Positions 37,309 to 46,162 of a stretch of DNA of 64,000 bases are shown piece after piece. The stretch comes from a virus: IMG/VR virus record IMGVR_UViG_3300042563_002443; one strand, 5' to 3'. Below the pieces are notes generated by a model. The model saw nothing but the letters and a program-made list of their open reading frames with translations. It did no database searches and was not told where the DNA came from. The position numbers and the translations under genes are program-made. Position 1 is the stretch's first letter. Every line of letters begins with the position of its first letter.

Positions 37309-37740
37309 ATGATTGGTTATAAAACACATTGGTACGGCAAAGAAATAGAAGGCCGTTACACTGATATCGAAACATTGTTTATTGCAGACATTAAAGCACT
37401 AGACAGAATTGTAGCAGGAAAAAATCCACACGTTTATTTTTGTTCCGGTGCAACCGCCCAATTGATCGACGATGATCGATGGGCTACGGTATTCAGAATG
37501 ATTTCTGATACTAGTTTCATAACAATCGAAGTTACTCCCGGTATGTTAGAAAAGATACCACCAATGATTCGAATTCGCGCACACATCTTGTTAATGTTAA
37601 ATTGTACTGATGCCGCATTGTTAAAACAATCAGACAGCATTAAGGTTGTATATGCAGATTATTCTTTGTATTGTACAACGGTACATAATATGCAACATGT
37701 TGTCCCAGATATGTATAAATTTGATAGAGATAAACAATGA
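37309..37740 (+). CDS. Hypothetical protein, first gene of the dpdA-containing operon
   Basis: 143 aa, WYGKEIEGRYTDIETLFIAD; sigma70-like promoter at 37275-37303. Confidence 0.6.
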   Translation: MIGYKTHWYGKEIEGRYTDIETLFIADIKALDRIVAGKNPHVYFCSGATAQLIDDDRWATVFRMISDTSFITIEVTPGMLEKIPPMIRIRAHILLMLNCTDAALLKQSDSIKVVYADYSLYCTTVHNMQHVVPDMYKFDRDKQ

Positions 37741-38138
37741 TAAGAGGAGTTATAGCAGGAAACTTTGATGTAATACATCCAGGATACATTGCCATGTTTG
37801 ATGAATGCAAAAAGCACTGCGATAGATTAATAGTGTGTCTACATGAAGATCCATCCGTTGAACGACCAGAAAAACTTAAACCAATATTACATTGGAGCGA
37901 CCGAGTAAAGATACTTGATTCACTTAGGCAAGTTGATTTTGTATTTCCATATCAAACAGAAGCTGATCTATATGAAGCTCTAGTTAAAGGAGACTTTGAT
38001 GTTAGGTTCTTAGGCGATGATTATGTAGGAAAAACTTATACCGGTTATGAATTAAACATTCCTATAAAATACCTAAACAGAGACCATGGATGGTCAACAA
38101 CTAAATACAAACAATTAATAGCAGATTCATTAAAATGA
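37737..38138 (+). CDS. Cytidylyltransferase (TagD / HxGH superfamily)
   Basis: AGNFDVIHPGY, LIVCLHEDP, RFLGDDY, RDHGWSTT. Confidence 0.85.
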   Translation: MIRGVIAGNFDVIHPGYIAMFDECKKHCDRLIVCLHEDPSVERPEKLKPILHWSDRVKILDSLRQVDFVFPYQTEADLYEALVKGDFDVRFLGDDYVGKTYTGYELNIPIKYLNRDHGWSTTKYKQLIADSLK

Positions 38139-38485
38139 AATACAGCGTAGTAGTAACATTTAACATTGAAGGATTTCATAATTGGCCTGATGCAAAAGAA
38201 ATATTTCCACAAGTAGCATTCTTATCGGATAGACATAGACATATGTTTGGATTCCGTTGTTATGCAAACGTAACACATACTGATCGCGATGAGGAATTTA
38301 TATTGTTAAACAGAAAAATACAAAAAGGATTGCGAATTGGATTTTCTGGATCTGAAACAAATGTATTAGAATTTGGATCAATGTCGTGTGAAATGATTGG
38401 AGAATGGTTGTTAGAATCATTTCCAACGTTGTATAAAGTAGAAGTTTGGGAAGATTGGGAGAATGGAGCAATAATTGAAAGATAA
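38135..38485 (+). CDS. QueD-paralogous T-fold protein, DpdL-like (putative CDG decarboxylase)
   Basis: EGFHNWP...FLSDRHRHMF (LxxxHRHxF), DRDEEFI, SCEMI, VEVWEDWENGA; lies in the dpdA operon. Confidence 0.6.
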   Translation: MKYSVVVTFNIEGFHNWPDAKEIFPQVAFLSDRHRHMFGFRCYANVTHTDRDEEFILLNRKIQKGLRIGFSGSETNVLEFGSMSCEMIGEWLLESFPTLYKVEVWEDWENGAIIER

Positions 38486-38486
38486 T

Positions 38487-39524
38487 ATGAAAATATTTTT
38501 AGTAGACTTAGAATCAATACCGACACGATATACTTGCGAGTGGAAGACACATGTTCCACAATTATTGCGTGATAATGGATTTGATGTTCAAGTTATAGAA
38601 GGAGATCATACAATTCCAGAATCAACAACACCTGGTGCATTTTTGAACTTTGGTGGTACTAACATGTACAAAGCAACACAGCTTCACAAGTTGTCTGAAT
38701 TATTTACATTAGGTAAGATTACCGCAGGAGACCATATCATTTTTACAGATGCATGGCACCCAGCTATTATCAATGTAAAATATATGAGTGAACTTCTAAA
38801 TATTCCGGTTGTAATGCACGGACTTTGGCACGCGGGTTCATATGACCCGAATGATTTTTTAGGTCGGCTCGTAGGAGATAAACCATGGATTAGGCACGCT
38901 GAACAAGCCTTTATTGGAGCACTAGATCATAATTGGATTGCAACCGCAGCACATTTTCAAATGATATGTAAAACATATGATGTATTTTTAAATTCAACGT
39001 TTGATCAAACAGGCTGGCCAATGGAATATACCCATAATATGATTACGCCTAAACCATTTAATGAAAAAGAAAATATTATTGTTTTCCCGCACCGAATAGC
39101 ACCTGAAAAACGATTAGATTTGTTTCAAGAATTAGCATCGCAGCCAGAATTAGCACATTATCAATTTATTGTAGCAATGGATCTAAATTTGACTAAAACA
39201 CAATATCATGAACTTCTTCAAAGAGCAAAGTTTGCAGTATCATTTGCAGATCAAGAAACATTGGGAATTTCAATGTATGAATCAGCTTGTGCAGGAGCAT
39301 GTACAATTGTTCCTAATAGATTATCATATATGGAAATGTATCATCCTATGTTTAAACATGCAGATTCAGTAAATGAGGCTGTGGCTGCAATATTAAAATA
39401 TGAACAACAAGACTTAACAAATGATATTGCTAAATTAACAAATTATTTACATGACCGATTTTTTTCAGCAACAAGATTAATTAATTTACTAAAAGAATAT
39501 AAAAACAATGAAAGAACAAGATAA
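38487..39524 (+). CDS. GT-B glycosyltransferase in the dpdA operon
   Basis: IFTDAWHP, GLWHAGSYDP, VFPHRIAPEK, QETLGISMYESACAG, VPNRLSYMEMY. ATG at 38487; the track starts at TTG 38475. Confidence 0.75.
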   Translation: MKIFLVDLESIPTRYTCEWKTHVPQLLRDNGFDVQVIEGDHTIPESTTPGAFLNFGGTNMYKATQLHKLSELFTLGKITAGDHIIFTDAWHPAIINVKYMSELLNIPVVMHGLWHAGSYDPNDFLGRLVGDKPWIRHAEQAFIGALDHNWIATAAHFQMICKTYDVFLNSTFDQTGWPMEYTHNMITPKPFNEKENIIVFPHRIAPEKRLDLFQELASQPELAHYQFIVAMDLNLTKTQYHELLQRAKFAVSFADQETLGISMYESACAGACTIVPNRLSYMEMYHPMFKHADSVNEAVAAILKYEQQDLTNDIAKLTNYLHDRFFSATRLINLLKEYKNNERTR

Positions 39525-40770
39525 GCGGTTCATATATTTTCCGTCGTTGTCTGCAGGCTCAATGGTCTCGGCATTCAAGAAAGATATGAAATTTGAAAAT
39601 GGAGACCCGGTAAAGTTCTTCGACTCAAGATATCCAGATAAGTGGAGGCACCCATATTTTCTAATCACAGCAGGACACCATTACAAGAAAATGGATTTCC
39701 GAGACACGATGGGCTTAGAAAAAGATGTTCTAGTATTTGGAGATTCAGGAGGATACCAAATAGCAACAGGAGCATTACCATATAGCAACGAATTGCGCGA
39801 AAAAATATTTCATTGGTTAGAAGCTAATAGTGATGTAGCAGCAAACTTAGATATTCCACCTAAAACAAAATATCGAAATAAATTTGCAGAATGTGCTGAC
39901 ATTAGTTATGACAATTTTGCTTATTTTGAAAAACATCAAAGCGGTAAGACAAAATACCTTAACATGTTGCAAGGCTCTAACACTGATGAATATACTTGGT
40001 GGTATCATAAATTTAAACATTTTGATTTTCAAGGTTGGGCAATTGGAGGTCCACAAAAATTAGTAGACTTTATGTTTGCGGTTGCATTGATGCTCAAAGA
40101 AAAAACATTTGAAAATCCTAGACTAGAATATTTGCACTTATTGGGTATTAGCAAAATATCCGACTTTTTTATTCTAGCAACATTGCAAAAATTAATGAAT
40201 AAAAATTATGGCAATAGAATCTATGTAACAACGGATTCATCATCGCCAGGACAATATCCGGTATTTGGAACATATCTTCATTCAGCAAATTATAAAACAC
40301 AAACCTTTTCGGAATTGTATTTTCCTAAAAATGCTGAATATAGAAGACAAGCTCATATTCGTCAAGGAAAAATTGGAGAAGTATCTATTGATCTATCACA
40401 ACATGTACCATGTGCATTACATTGTCCAGCATGCACCGACTTTACATATGATTTGCTAGGAGGAAAAACAGATGCTGGATTAGATCGATATTCACAAGAA
40501 GCTATGCCTAGAATGGTTGTTCACAATGTGCATTTATATGTGCAATGTGCAGAAGAAATCAATCAACTAGTAGACAGCCATGTAGAATTGCTAGAAACAG
40601 TAATACCAAGAGACTTGTATGATGTTATCTTGTCACTGCATGAAATGTTTGCCGATCCTGACGCAGCATTACAAACATATGAAAAATATATTAAAACATA
40701 TAAAAAGTTTGGTGGAAGTAGTATATCAACCACCGATGCCGAAAATTTCAATAAATACTTTACATTTTAA
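39508..40770 (+). CDS. dpdA: TGT-fold 7-deazaguanine DNA transglycosylase (DpdA-like)
   Basis: FGDSGGYQI, NLDIPP, NMLQG, GWAIGG, LHLLGIS, TDSSSP, Zn motif CALHCPAC...HN; folE/queD/queE are in the same region. Confidence 0.72.
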   Translation: MKEQDKRFIYFPSLSAGSMVSAFKKDMKFENGDPVKFFDSRYPDKWRHPYFLITAGHHYKKMDFRDTMGLEKDVLVFGDSGGYQIATGALPYSNELREKIFHWLEANSDVAANLDIPPKTKYRNKFAECADISYDNFAYFEKHQSGKTKYLNMLQGSNTDEYTWWYHKFKHFDFQGWAIGGPQKLVDFMFAVALMLKEKTFENPRLEYLHLLGISKISDFFILATLQKLMNKNYGNRIYVTTDSSSPGQYPVFGTYLHSANYKTQTFSELYFPKNAEYRRQAHIRQGKIGEVSIDLSQHVPCALHCPACTDFTYDLLGGKTDAGLDRYSQEAMPRMVVHNVHLYVQCAEEINQLVDSHVELLETVIPRDLYDVILSLHEMFADPDAALQTYEKYIKTYKKFGGSSISTTDAENFNKYFTF

Positions 40771-40784
40771 AAACAAATAAAACA

Positions 40785-41495
40785 ATGGAAAAAAGCAAAT
40801 TACAATCATTTATTAATCGTTATTATTTAGCAGGAAATTGCGAGGCAGTTATCCTTAAAGAAAACGAAACAGGTGTCGGCTGTGAATTAATCGACATGGA
40901 TCAAACCGTAGTTGGAAAGATTCAATGGAATACAACTCCTTTCATGAAAGGCATGTTAGGTATCAATCATACAGGTGCATTAACTAAGATGTTAAGTGCA
41001 TTAGGTGAAAAAATTGAAATTGAAGTTAAAGATGCAGCCGGCAAGAATTATGCAATGTGTATTTCGGAAGGAAGCACCCGCGCAACATTCATGTTAGCAG
41101 ATACAACGGTTATTCCAGCAGTTCCAAGCATTAATGCAGAACCAGAATATGTTGTACAAGTTGCCGTTAATGATGACTTTATTAACAAATTCATTAAAGC
41201 AAAAAATGCATTACCAGACGCAAAGAATTTTGCAGTACAAGTTAAATCAGGAGTTGTTAAATTTATTATCAATTATACAACAGTTAATTCCGATAACATT
41301 ACTTTTGAAGTAGGAACAACAACGGCTGACGATATGGAGCCTGTATGCTTTTCGGCAGACAAATTAAAAGAAGTATTAGTTGCAAATAAAGGCGACGTAG
41401 GACAATTGCATGTTTCTCCCGATGGATTATCTCGAATAGATTTTGTTGGAACTGATTTTGAATCTAGCTATTGGTTAGTAATGTTACAAAATTAA
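40785..41495 (+). CDS. DNA polymerase sliding clamp (gp45/PCNA-like)
   Basis: 236 aa; FINKFIKAKNAL, FSADKLKEVLVANK, ends SYWLV; upstream of the clamp loader genes. Confidence 0.7.
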   Translation: MEKSKLQSFINRYYLAGNCEAVILKENETGVGCELIDMDQTVVGKIQWNTTPFMKGMLGINHTGALTKMLSALGEKIEIEVKDAAGKNYAMCISEGSTRATFMLADTTVIPAVPSINAEPEYVVQVAVNDDFINKFIKAKNALPDAKNFAVQVKSGVVKFIINYTTVNSDNITFEVGTTTADDMEPVCFSADKLKEVLVANKGDVGQLHVSPDGLSRIDFVGTDFESSYWLVMLQN

Positions 41496-41496
41496 T

Positions 41497-41922
41497 ATGC
41501 AGATAGATATAGTAAATAAATCACCCAATGCGCTACCGGCATATGAAACTCCTAGTAGCGCAGGAATGGATGTTCGTTGTGTGGATAAACTTACAGTAAA
41601 CCCAGGCGAACGAATATTAGCAAAAACGGGACTTTATGTAGAAATTCCAATTGGATATGAAATACAAGTAAGACCTAGAAGCGGATTAGCATTAAAACAA
41701 GGAATAACTGTATTGAATACTCCCGGCACTATTGATGCTGACTACCGAGGAGAAATAGGAGTAATATTAATAAATCATAGTTCAACTGTTGTTGAGTTTA
41801 TGCCAGGAGACAGAATTGCACAAATTGTATTGAATAAAATTGAAATAATACAATGGAACCAATCCAATTCATTAACTGGAACAAAACGTGGCACTGGAGG
41901 ATTTGGATCAACAGGAAAATAA
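41497..41922 (+). CDS. dut: dUTPase (trimeric type)
   Basis: SAGMDV, RPRSGLA, GTIDADYRGEI, RIAQ, RGTGGFGSTG. Confidence 0.96.
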   Translation: MQIDIVNKSPNALPAYETPSSAGMDVRCVDKLTVNPGERILAKTGLYVEIPIGYEIQVRPRSGLALKQGITVLNTPGTIDADYRGEIGVILINHSSTVVEFMPGDRIAQIVLNKIEIIQWNQSNSLTGTKRGTGGFGSTGK

Positions 41923-41925
41923 CAT

Positions 41926-42852
41926 ATGTACGGACAACAAGAAAATACACTTTGGACAGAATCATTCCGTCCTAACACATTAGAAGGATATATCGGTAAT
42001 GAACATATCATCGAAAAAGTTAAAATATTTATTGCCAATGGTGATGTGCCGCATCTATTATTTTACGGCTCGGCAGGAACCGGTAAAACTACATTGGCAA
42101 AGATTATTGCAAATAGCGTCGATGCTGATCTAATGTATATTAATGCATCAGATGAAAACTCAGTTGATGCAGTTAGAGATAAAATTAAACGTTATGCATC
42201 AACAGTAGGATTTAAACGTTGGAAAATCATTATTCTAGATGAAGCAGATTATTTGACACCAAATGCCCAAGCAGCTCTTCGTAACTTGATGGAAACATAT
42301 AGCAAAACAACACGTTTCATTTTAACATGCAATTATGTTGAAAAGATTATCGATCCAATTCAATCACGTTGTCAAACATTTGCTATTATGCCTCCCAACA
42401 AAACAGATGTAGCAAAGCGACTAGTATCAGTATTAGAAGAAAAACAAGTGCAGTATGACATCAAAGATATTGCAGCAATCATTAATGCATCATATCCAGA
42501 TATTCGTAGAGCAATTAATACAGCTCAAAGTTGTGTAATTGAAAATCGATTAACATTGGATAAGGCAAGTGCAATACAAGCAAATTACATGACCGAAGTA
42601 CTTGAAATGCTTAAGAATGCTAAAGACAAAAAAGTTGCATTCACTAACATTAGACAATGCATTGCTGATAGCAAAGTTAGAGACTTTACTCCAATGTATA
42701 CTTTCTTGTATGATAATTTGGATGAATTTGCTCACGGCCACATTGCTCCATGCATTTTGATTATTGCAGAATCGCAATTTAAAGATGCTAGCGTGGTTGA
42801 TAAAGAAATTAATATAATGGCAATGTTTGTAAACATACTAGGAGAAATTTAA
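41926..42852 (+). CDS. Clamp loader AAA+ subunit (RFC / T4 gp44-like)
   Basis: WTESFRP, GSAGTGKTT, INASDE, ILDEAD, AQAALRNLME, IQSRC, PDIRRAIN. Confidence 0.93.
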   Translation: MYGQQENTLWTESFRPNTLEGYIGNEHIIEKVKIFIANGDVPHLLFYGSAGTGKTTLAKIIANSVDADLMYINASDENSVDAVRDKIKRYASTVGFKRWKIIILDEADYLTPNAQAALRNLMETYSKTTRFILTCNYVEKIIDPIQSRCQTFAIMPPNKTDVAKRLVSVLEEKQVQYDIKDIAAIINASYPDIRRAINTAQSCVIENRLTLDKASAIQANYMTEVLEMLKNAKDKKVAFTNIRQCIADSKVRDFTPMYTFLYDNLDEFAHGHIAPCILIIAESQFKDASVVDKEINIMAMFVNILGEI

Positions 42853-42856
42853 AATA

Positions 42857-43072
42857 ATGTCGATATCGTATCACAAAAGCATGGTAACTGTTATATTTAA
42901 AACATCTAATAGAGCTAATGCTAAAACAAAAATAAAAACGTTTCGCAACAAATCAATTGATGATATTTTATCGGCTAAACGAATAATAGGAATTCCAGAG
43001 ACTTCAATTATTTTGGAATTAGGAATCGGCAAAGAATTAGAATATCAATACAGAAAACGATATAAATTATAA
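42857..43072 (+). CDS. Small basic hypothetical protein
   Basis: 71 aa within the clamp-loader operon. Confidence 0.55.
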   Translation: MSISYHKSMVTVIFKTSNRANAKTKIKTFRNKSIDDILSAKRIIGIPETSIILELGIGKELEYQYRKRYKL

Positions 43073-43545
43073 TGGCAAAGCAAAAAGTTATTAAATCAGC
43101 TAATACTATTAAAGCGGCAACATTGTTTGATTTTATTGATGGTGTTACTCATAAAAAGAAAGAATGGTCTGCCTGGACTGATATGGATCAAAAAGCATTT
43201 AGTCCATTCATGACAAATCGATTCTTATCAATGCGTATGGAGCTTACGGAACTTATTAATGAGTTTCAAACATATACAATTGGATTATTACGGCCACAAG
43301 AAACTTATCGATTGTATTATGATTTATTGCCTACTAACAAAACATATGCAAAATACATAAAAGGCAAATCCGAAGATAAATTCGATAAAGCATTAGTTGC
43401 TCAAATTGCAGAACATTATCAAATTAGTTTGTATGAAGCTGCAGATTACGTGGAATTAATGGATACGGCTGAATGTGAACGAATCTTAACGTTATATGGA
43501 TATAGTGATGGCGACAAGAAAAAATTATTAAAAGGAATCAAATGA
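43072..43545 (+). CDS. Clamp loader small subunit (T4 gp62-like)
   Basis: LFDFIDGV..KK, FSPFMTNRFLSM, YAKYIK, EAADYVELM. Confidence 0.7.
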   Translation: MAKQKVIKSANTIKAATLFDFIDGVTHKKKEWSAWTDMDQKAFSPFMTNRFLSMRMELTELINEFQTYTIGLLRPQETYRLYYDLLPTNKTYAKYIKGKSEDKFDKALVAQIAEHYQISLYEAADYVELMDTAECERILTLYGYSDGDKKKLLKGIK

Positions 43546-43811
43546 GCAATATACATACACAATCACATTACAGAGGTAAAGACAGCCTTTATAAATTTGC
43601 TGAAGAGTGGGCATTAAACGCCTATGAATTTGATATCATTAAACGTGTTGTAAGATGTCGACACAAAGGTTCCTTTACGGAAGACTTAACAAAGACTCAA
43701 GACTTAATTGACATTTATCTACAAGAGCAACAACATAAATATATCAAGGTAACGCCAGATTACCTAGAGCTCGATGATCCATTTATTTCTACAGATGTAA
43801 TGCCGTTATAG
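43542..43811 (+). CDS. DUF3310-like protein
   Basis: QSHY...EFDIIKRVVRCRHKGSFTEDLTK. Confidence 0.55.
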   Translation: MSNIHTQSHYRGKDSLYKFAEEWALNAYEFDIIKRVVRCRHKGSFTEDLTKTQDLIDIYLQEQQHKYIKVTPDYLELDDPFISTDVMPL

Positions 43812-43839
43812 GTTTGAATATGCAATAAAATTTTATATA
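43806..43839 (+). repeat. 34-bp direct repeat, copy 1 (copy 2 at 44363-44396), flanking the 43873 gene
   Basis: ttataggtttgaatatgcaataaaattttatata at both sites; it contains the sigma70-like promoter. Confidence 0.9.
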
Positions 43840-43872
43840 CTATATTTATATAAAAATTTAAAGGATAGTATT

Positions 43873-44295
43873 ATGAAAAAAAACATCTTAGCAGAAAATA
43901 TGCGCCGATTTGGTACGAAAAACTTAAACGAAGATGAAGATCAAAATAACAATGGATACCCAGATGATTCCGAATCAGTCCTTAAAGGCGGAACTGGAAT
44001 TGATGGTATTAAACGATCCACCGGGAATAAAGTAAAACAATTTATTAAACTAATAGGTAAAGATTCTGTAGATTGGTTTGATAACTTAGATGTTAATTAT
44101 CTCCCATCACAATATGCGTCAGCATTAAAAAAATTAGGAATTAATCAACATACTGCATTAGTAGCACCATATGAGCTTCGAGGTAATGATATTAGCGATA
44201 TTATCAATGCAGCAAATCAATCTAATATACGCTATATTGAAATTTTAGACAGAGCCGGAGGCGGGCGACTAATTATATTTACATCAAGACAATAA
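43873..44295 (+). CDS. Leader-family protein (MKKNILAENMRRFGTKNLNE-DEDQNNNGYPDD)
   Basis: ATATTTATA at 43842; shares its leader with 36898 and DQNNNGYPD with 22331. Confidence 0.7.
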   Translation: MKKNILAENMRRFGTKNLNEDEDQNNNGYPDDSESVLKGGTGIDGIKRSTGNKVKQFIKLIGKDSVDWFDNLDVNYLPSQYASALKKLGINQHTALVAPYELRGNDISDIINAANQSNIRYIEILDRAGGGRLIIFTSRQ

Positions 44296-44328
44296 GTTAA
44301 AATTAATACTTTTTAAAACTAAGATACG

Positions 44329-44356
44329 GTGCAATCATTAACGGTTGCACTTTTTT
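44329..44356 (+). terminator. Rho-independent terminator
   Basis: GTGCAATC-ATTAAC-GGTTGCAC-TTTTTT. Confidence 0.75.
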
Positions 44357-44362
44357 ACTGTT

Positions 44363-44396
44363 TTATAGGTTTGAATATGCAATAAAATTTTATATA
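44363..44396 (+). repeat. 34-bp direct repeat, copy 2
   Basis: Identical to 43806-43839. Confidence 0.9.
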
Positions 44397-44411
44397 TTAT
44401 ATAAAAAAGTT

Positions 44412-44978
44412 ATGGCAAATCATGTTTATACTCAATTAGACATTGAATTTATAAATCAGCAAGATACAGCAAAATTTTCGGAATGGATTGGACATACTCC
44501 TACTATTGAAAATACAACGTTTGGTGCACGCATTGAAGCATGTTGCAATATCATGTTAGATAATTTATATCCAGACAAACAAGATACCAATGCATACTAC
44601 ATTGAAAATTTAGGTGCTAAATGGATTTATTTTGATGATGTAGATCAGTCTGAAACTACTATGCATATTTCATGGACAACTGCATGGGACTTCCCAGAAA
44701 AATTATTTTGGAAATTATCTGATTTTCTTCGTATTGAATACCCAGGTGCAAAAATACAAGGAACATTTGAAGATGAAGGATTTGGCTTTGTAGGTGCATG
44801 TGCATCAAATCAACAATCACGCAATATTGAATATTTTAATCCAGATGAAGAATTTTTTGAAGGCTCCGAATATAAAGATGAGGATGATTGTTTTACTGAT
44901 GAATTCTATAATGATATAATTAGCAAAAAACAAGAATTGTTAGATACATGTATTAACAATATTATTCCAACCATATGA
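44412..44978 (+). CDS. Acidic hypothetical protein (DUF1281/YubB ferredoxin-like)
   Basis: MANHVY, ENLGAKW, WTTAWDFP, FEDEGFGFVG. Confidence 0.5.
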   Translation: MANHVYTQLDIEFINQQDTAKFSEWIGHTPTIENTTFGARIEACCNIMLDNLYPDKQDTNAYYIENLGAKWIYFDDVDQSETTMHISWTTAWDFPEKLFWKLSDFLRIEYPGAKIQGTFEDEGFGFVGACASNQQSRNIEYFNPDEEFFEGSEYKDEDDCFTDEFYNDIISKKQELLDTCINNIIPTI

Positions 44979-45931
44979 AATCCGGAAATTATTTAGCTCC
45001 TATATATCGTTTATCAATACGAGATGCAGCAACCGTACCTAGAAAGATATCATATTCTCAATGGTCCATGTATGAACGATGTCCCCTATCCTGGAAGTTG
45101 GCATACATTGATGGACTAGCCCCATTCCAAGCATCAATTGATACATGTTTTGGAACTGCCTTTCACGAAACATTTCAACACTTTCTAACGGTATTGTATA
45201 CAGATTCAGTTAAGAAAGCAGAAAACATAAATTTTCAAGAAGTATTGACAAATAAACTTCGCGAAGAATATGCTCGATGTGTTGCAGAGTCAGGAGGAGT
45301 TCATTTTTCAACTGCCTTGCAAATGGCAGAATATTTAGAAGATGGCGTTGCCATTTTTGATTGGTTTGCAAAAAGACGTTCACAATATTTTTCTAGCAAA
45401 AATTATGAATTAGTAGCAATTGAAATGGAACTATGTACTCCAGCATCAAAAGCAAATCCATCTGTATTTTGGTATGGGTTTATTGATGTTGTTATTAGAC
45501 ACGTTCCTACCGGCAACATTGAAATATATGATATAAAAACATCCCGACAAGGTTGGAACAAATATCAAAAAGCAGACAATTTAAAAGCAGCACAGCTAAT
45601 TGCATATAAAAATTACTTTGCACAACAATTTGGTACGCCTATAGAAAAAATTGATGTTGAATTCTTTATTGTGAAACGAAAGATGATTGAAGAATCAATG
45701 TTTCCACAAAAGCGAGTGCAAAACTTTAAACCTGCATCAGGAACAGTAACACAACGCAAAGTACAAAAACAAATTGATGCATTTGTTGAATCATGTTTTG
45801 ATTTGGACGGAAATCGCAATGCCGAAAAAAAATATATGGCAATATCAGGTAAAGGCGATAAAAATTGCAAGTATTGTGCATTCAAAACAGATTATGAAAA
45901 TTGTCCTAAAGATGCTAGGATTCGTGAATAA
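44975..45931 (+). CDS. PD-(D/E)xK RecB/Cas4-like exonuclease
   Basis: ISYSQWSMYERCP, FGTAFHE, GFIDVV, IYDIKTS, QLIAY, CKYCAF. Confidence 0.85.
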   Translation: MKSGNYLAPIYRLSIRDAATVPRKISYSQWSMYERCPLSWKLAYIDGLAPFQASIDTCFGTAFHETFQHFLTVLYTDSVKKAENINFQEVLTNKLREEYARCVAESGGVHFSTALQMAEYLEDGVAIFDWFAKRRSQYFSSKNYELVAIEMELCTPASKANPSVFWYGFIDVVIRHVPTGNIEIYDIKTSRQGWNKYQKADNLKAAQLIAYKNYFAQQFGTPIEKIDVEFFIVKRKMIEESMFPQKRVQNFKPASGTVTQRKVQKQIDAFVESCFDLDGNRNAEKKYMAISGKGDKNCKYCAFKTDYENCPKDARIRE

Positions 45932-45949
45932 AATTCATTATAATAATAT

Positions 45950-46162
45950 ATGTACAAGCACCAACATGTTTATGTTTATCAATTTGAAATGAATAATCAT
46001 AGTACCTGGCCAGGCAAACATACATGCAATATGAATTATGTATTATGCACAAACATAACTGATCCGAATCACAAAGAAAATAAAACATTGTTGGAACACA
46101 TGTTACGTACAATTTATGGGTTTATGCCAAAGTATGTTAAATTTTTATATGAAAAGAAATGA
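45950..46162 (+). CDS. Hypothetical protein
   Basis: 70 aa; overlaps the next gene by ATGA. Confidence 0.5.
   Translation: MYKHQHVYVYQFEMNNHSTWPGKHTCNMNYVLCTNITDPNHKENKTLLEHMLRTIYGFMPKYVKFLYEKK

Noticed and set aside
39508-40770. Ordinary tRNA-guanine transglycosylase for queuosine
   Set aside because: It is strongly diverged from bacterial Tgt, no queC/queF/queA or tRNA genes are in the window, and it sits among DNA replication genes. DNA-directed DpdA fits better, though unproven.
43806-44396. Classical IS element or transposon
   Set aside because: No transposase or terminal inverted repeats; only a direct repeat of the promoter, so it is reported as a recombination cassette.
44975-45931. 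Cas4-like nuclease as evidence of a CRISPR-Cas system
   Set aside because: No repeat-spacer array or other cas genes were seen; stand-alone RecB/Cas4-like exonucleases are common in phages.
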